From Selaginella moellendorffii (taxonomy: Eukaryota; Plantae; Lycopodiophyta): 64,000 nt of DNA. Below are positions 62,947 to 64,000 of this stretch, piece by piece (position 1 is the stretch's first letter; each line of letters begins with the position of its first letter). The stretch lies in contig NW_003314444.1 in NCBI RefSeq assembly GCF_000143415.4, forward strand, positions 68,106 to 132,105, given 5' to 3'. A model generated the notes under the pieces. That model worked only from the letters and a program-made list of their open reading frames with translations. It ran no database searches and was not told the origin of the DNA. The translations under genes were made by a program, and so were the position numbers.

Positions 62947-64000
62947 AAGAAGCTTACATACTAGCTTTATTCTTTCTCTATGTAGGGCTAAACAGTGCTT
63001 TTTGCAAATTCCATAACAAAACAAAACAAAAAATAGAAAAAAAAACTTCATTATTTGGCTCTATACTACAGAAGAAAGAAGATACTTGCTCCACTGTCGG
63101 TTGCTACCATGTCTTCCTCACTTCATCGTCGTCATCATGTCAGCTGCTGCTTGATCGCCAGTAGTTGTCGTGCAAATTCTCTCCTTCTCAAGCTCCCGAT
63201 GCACCGCCACCACTAGCAGGAGCACTGTTGGTGTTGGATCCTATCAGAACAAACACGGAAAAAAGTTAGAATGAGTGAATGAAGAACAAACAAACAACTC
63301 ATGAAATTTCAAATACATACCTGGAGGACTTTTCCGGTTACTAATGTCACCAGCAGCAGCACTGCCTTGATCAGAAGACAGGTTTGGGGGTGGTCTTCCT
63401 GCTGATAGTGTTGCCCTCGTCCTCACTACGACCACTGCCGTACTCATTGGCGTTGTCATCAGCTCCCCGATGTCGTGCTGCTAATCGTGTTAAGCGTGCT
63501 CTCAAAGAGGCCATCTCGTTTGGACAGACAGCATCTTGCGCCGCCTGAAGCAATGTCATGCCTTCTTGTGAGACAGGATTACAGCCAGAGCCAAGCCCTA
63601 GGAGATGGTGACGCACATGAGTAGCTGTACCTGTGCATTAGACGCCACAGATATTGCATCTCCCCAGGGCACTAACCTGTCTGACAGAATGGTTCATGCA
63701 GAATGCTTGCTTGAGTCTCTCCTCGCCAAGCTCACGAATAATAGATATGGAGACCTTAACTGAGGTCAATTAGCCTTATAATAAAGACTCCTCAGTGGAT
63801 CACCAAGTGCTCTTCCGTGTTCTCATCGCAAGTTCCGAAGTGTAAGAACAAATGGCTACAATAAAACACCAATACATAGTTTCTGTTCTTGCATTGCACC
63901 AGAGAAAACTCCAATGTCAGATAATAAATTGTGAGATATTGTTTACTTGTTCTTGATTTTTATGCTGCTCGAGAAATTCAGTATTGTCAGTATGCGGTCT

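Larger units (their letters stand above)
57965..64000 (+). mobile_element. Helitron copy 3: inverted near-identical duplicate of 38525-46071, continuing past the window end
   Basis: Same gene order reversed (RPA70, AAE fragment, F-box, B3-like, BED). Lacks the TRIM and retains short segments deleted in copy 1. Confidence 0.9.

Noticed and set aside
1-64000. CRISPR arrays, tRNA genes, prokaryotic operons
   Set aside because: None seen; the window is eukaryotic and its repeats are transposon-derived.

Overview
Eukaryotic, repeat-rich scaffold with many N gaps. It is most likely from a non-seed land plant: introns are ~50 bp, there is a kinesin-9-type gene and a PLS-PPR remnant, so Selaginella-like is my inference. 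Only one host gene looks intact, a multi-exon kinesin (2920-5739). The left part holds a Ty3/Gypsy pol remnant, a 5S-rRNA-containing LTR-like fragment, a RAD6/UBC2 pseudogene, abutting and nested non-autonomous Helitrons, a TRIM and a PPR remnant. 14079-29407 is a nest of at least four Ty3/Gypsy-type pieces with a TSD, sitting inside one arm of a ~190-bp inverted repeat that frames a 1.1-kb TA/CA microsatellite. From 30879 to the window end is a cluster of three related copies or pieces of a large cargo-carrying Helitron. It contains an intronless RepHel with a clean 3' hairpin+CTAG, an RPA70-like gene, a second divergent 3xOB/C4-zinc protein, a SKIP16-like F-box gene, a tiny B3-like ORF, BED-finger and acyl-activating-enzyme fragments, unknown genes and relic internal terminators. 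All family assignments come from motif recognition by eye; no database searches were run.
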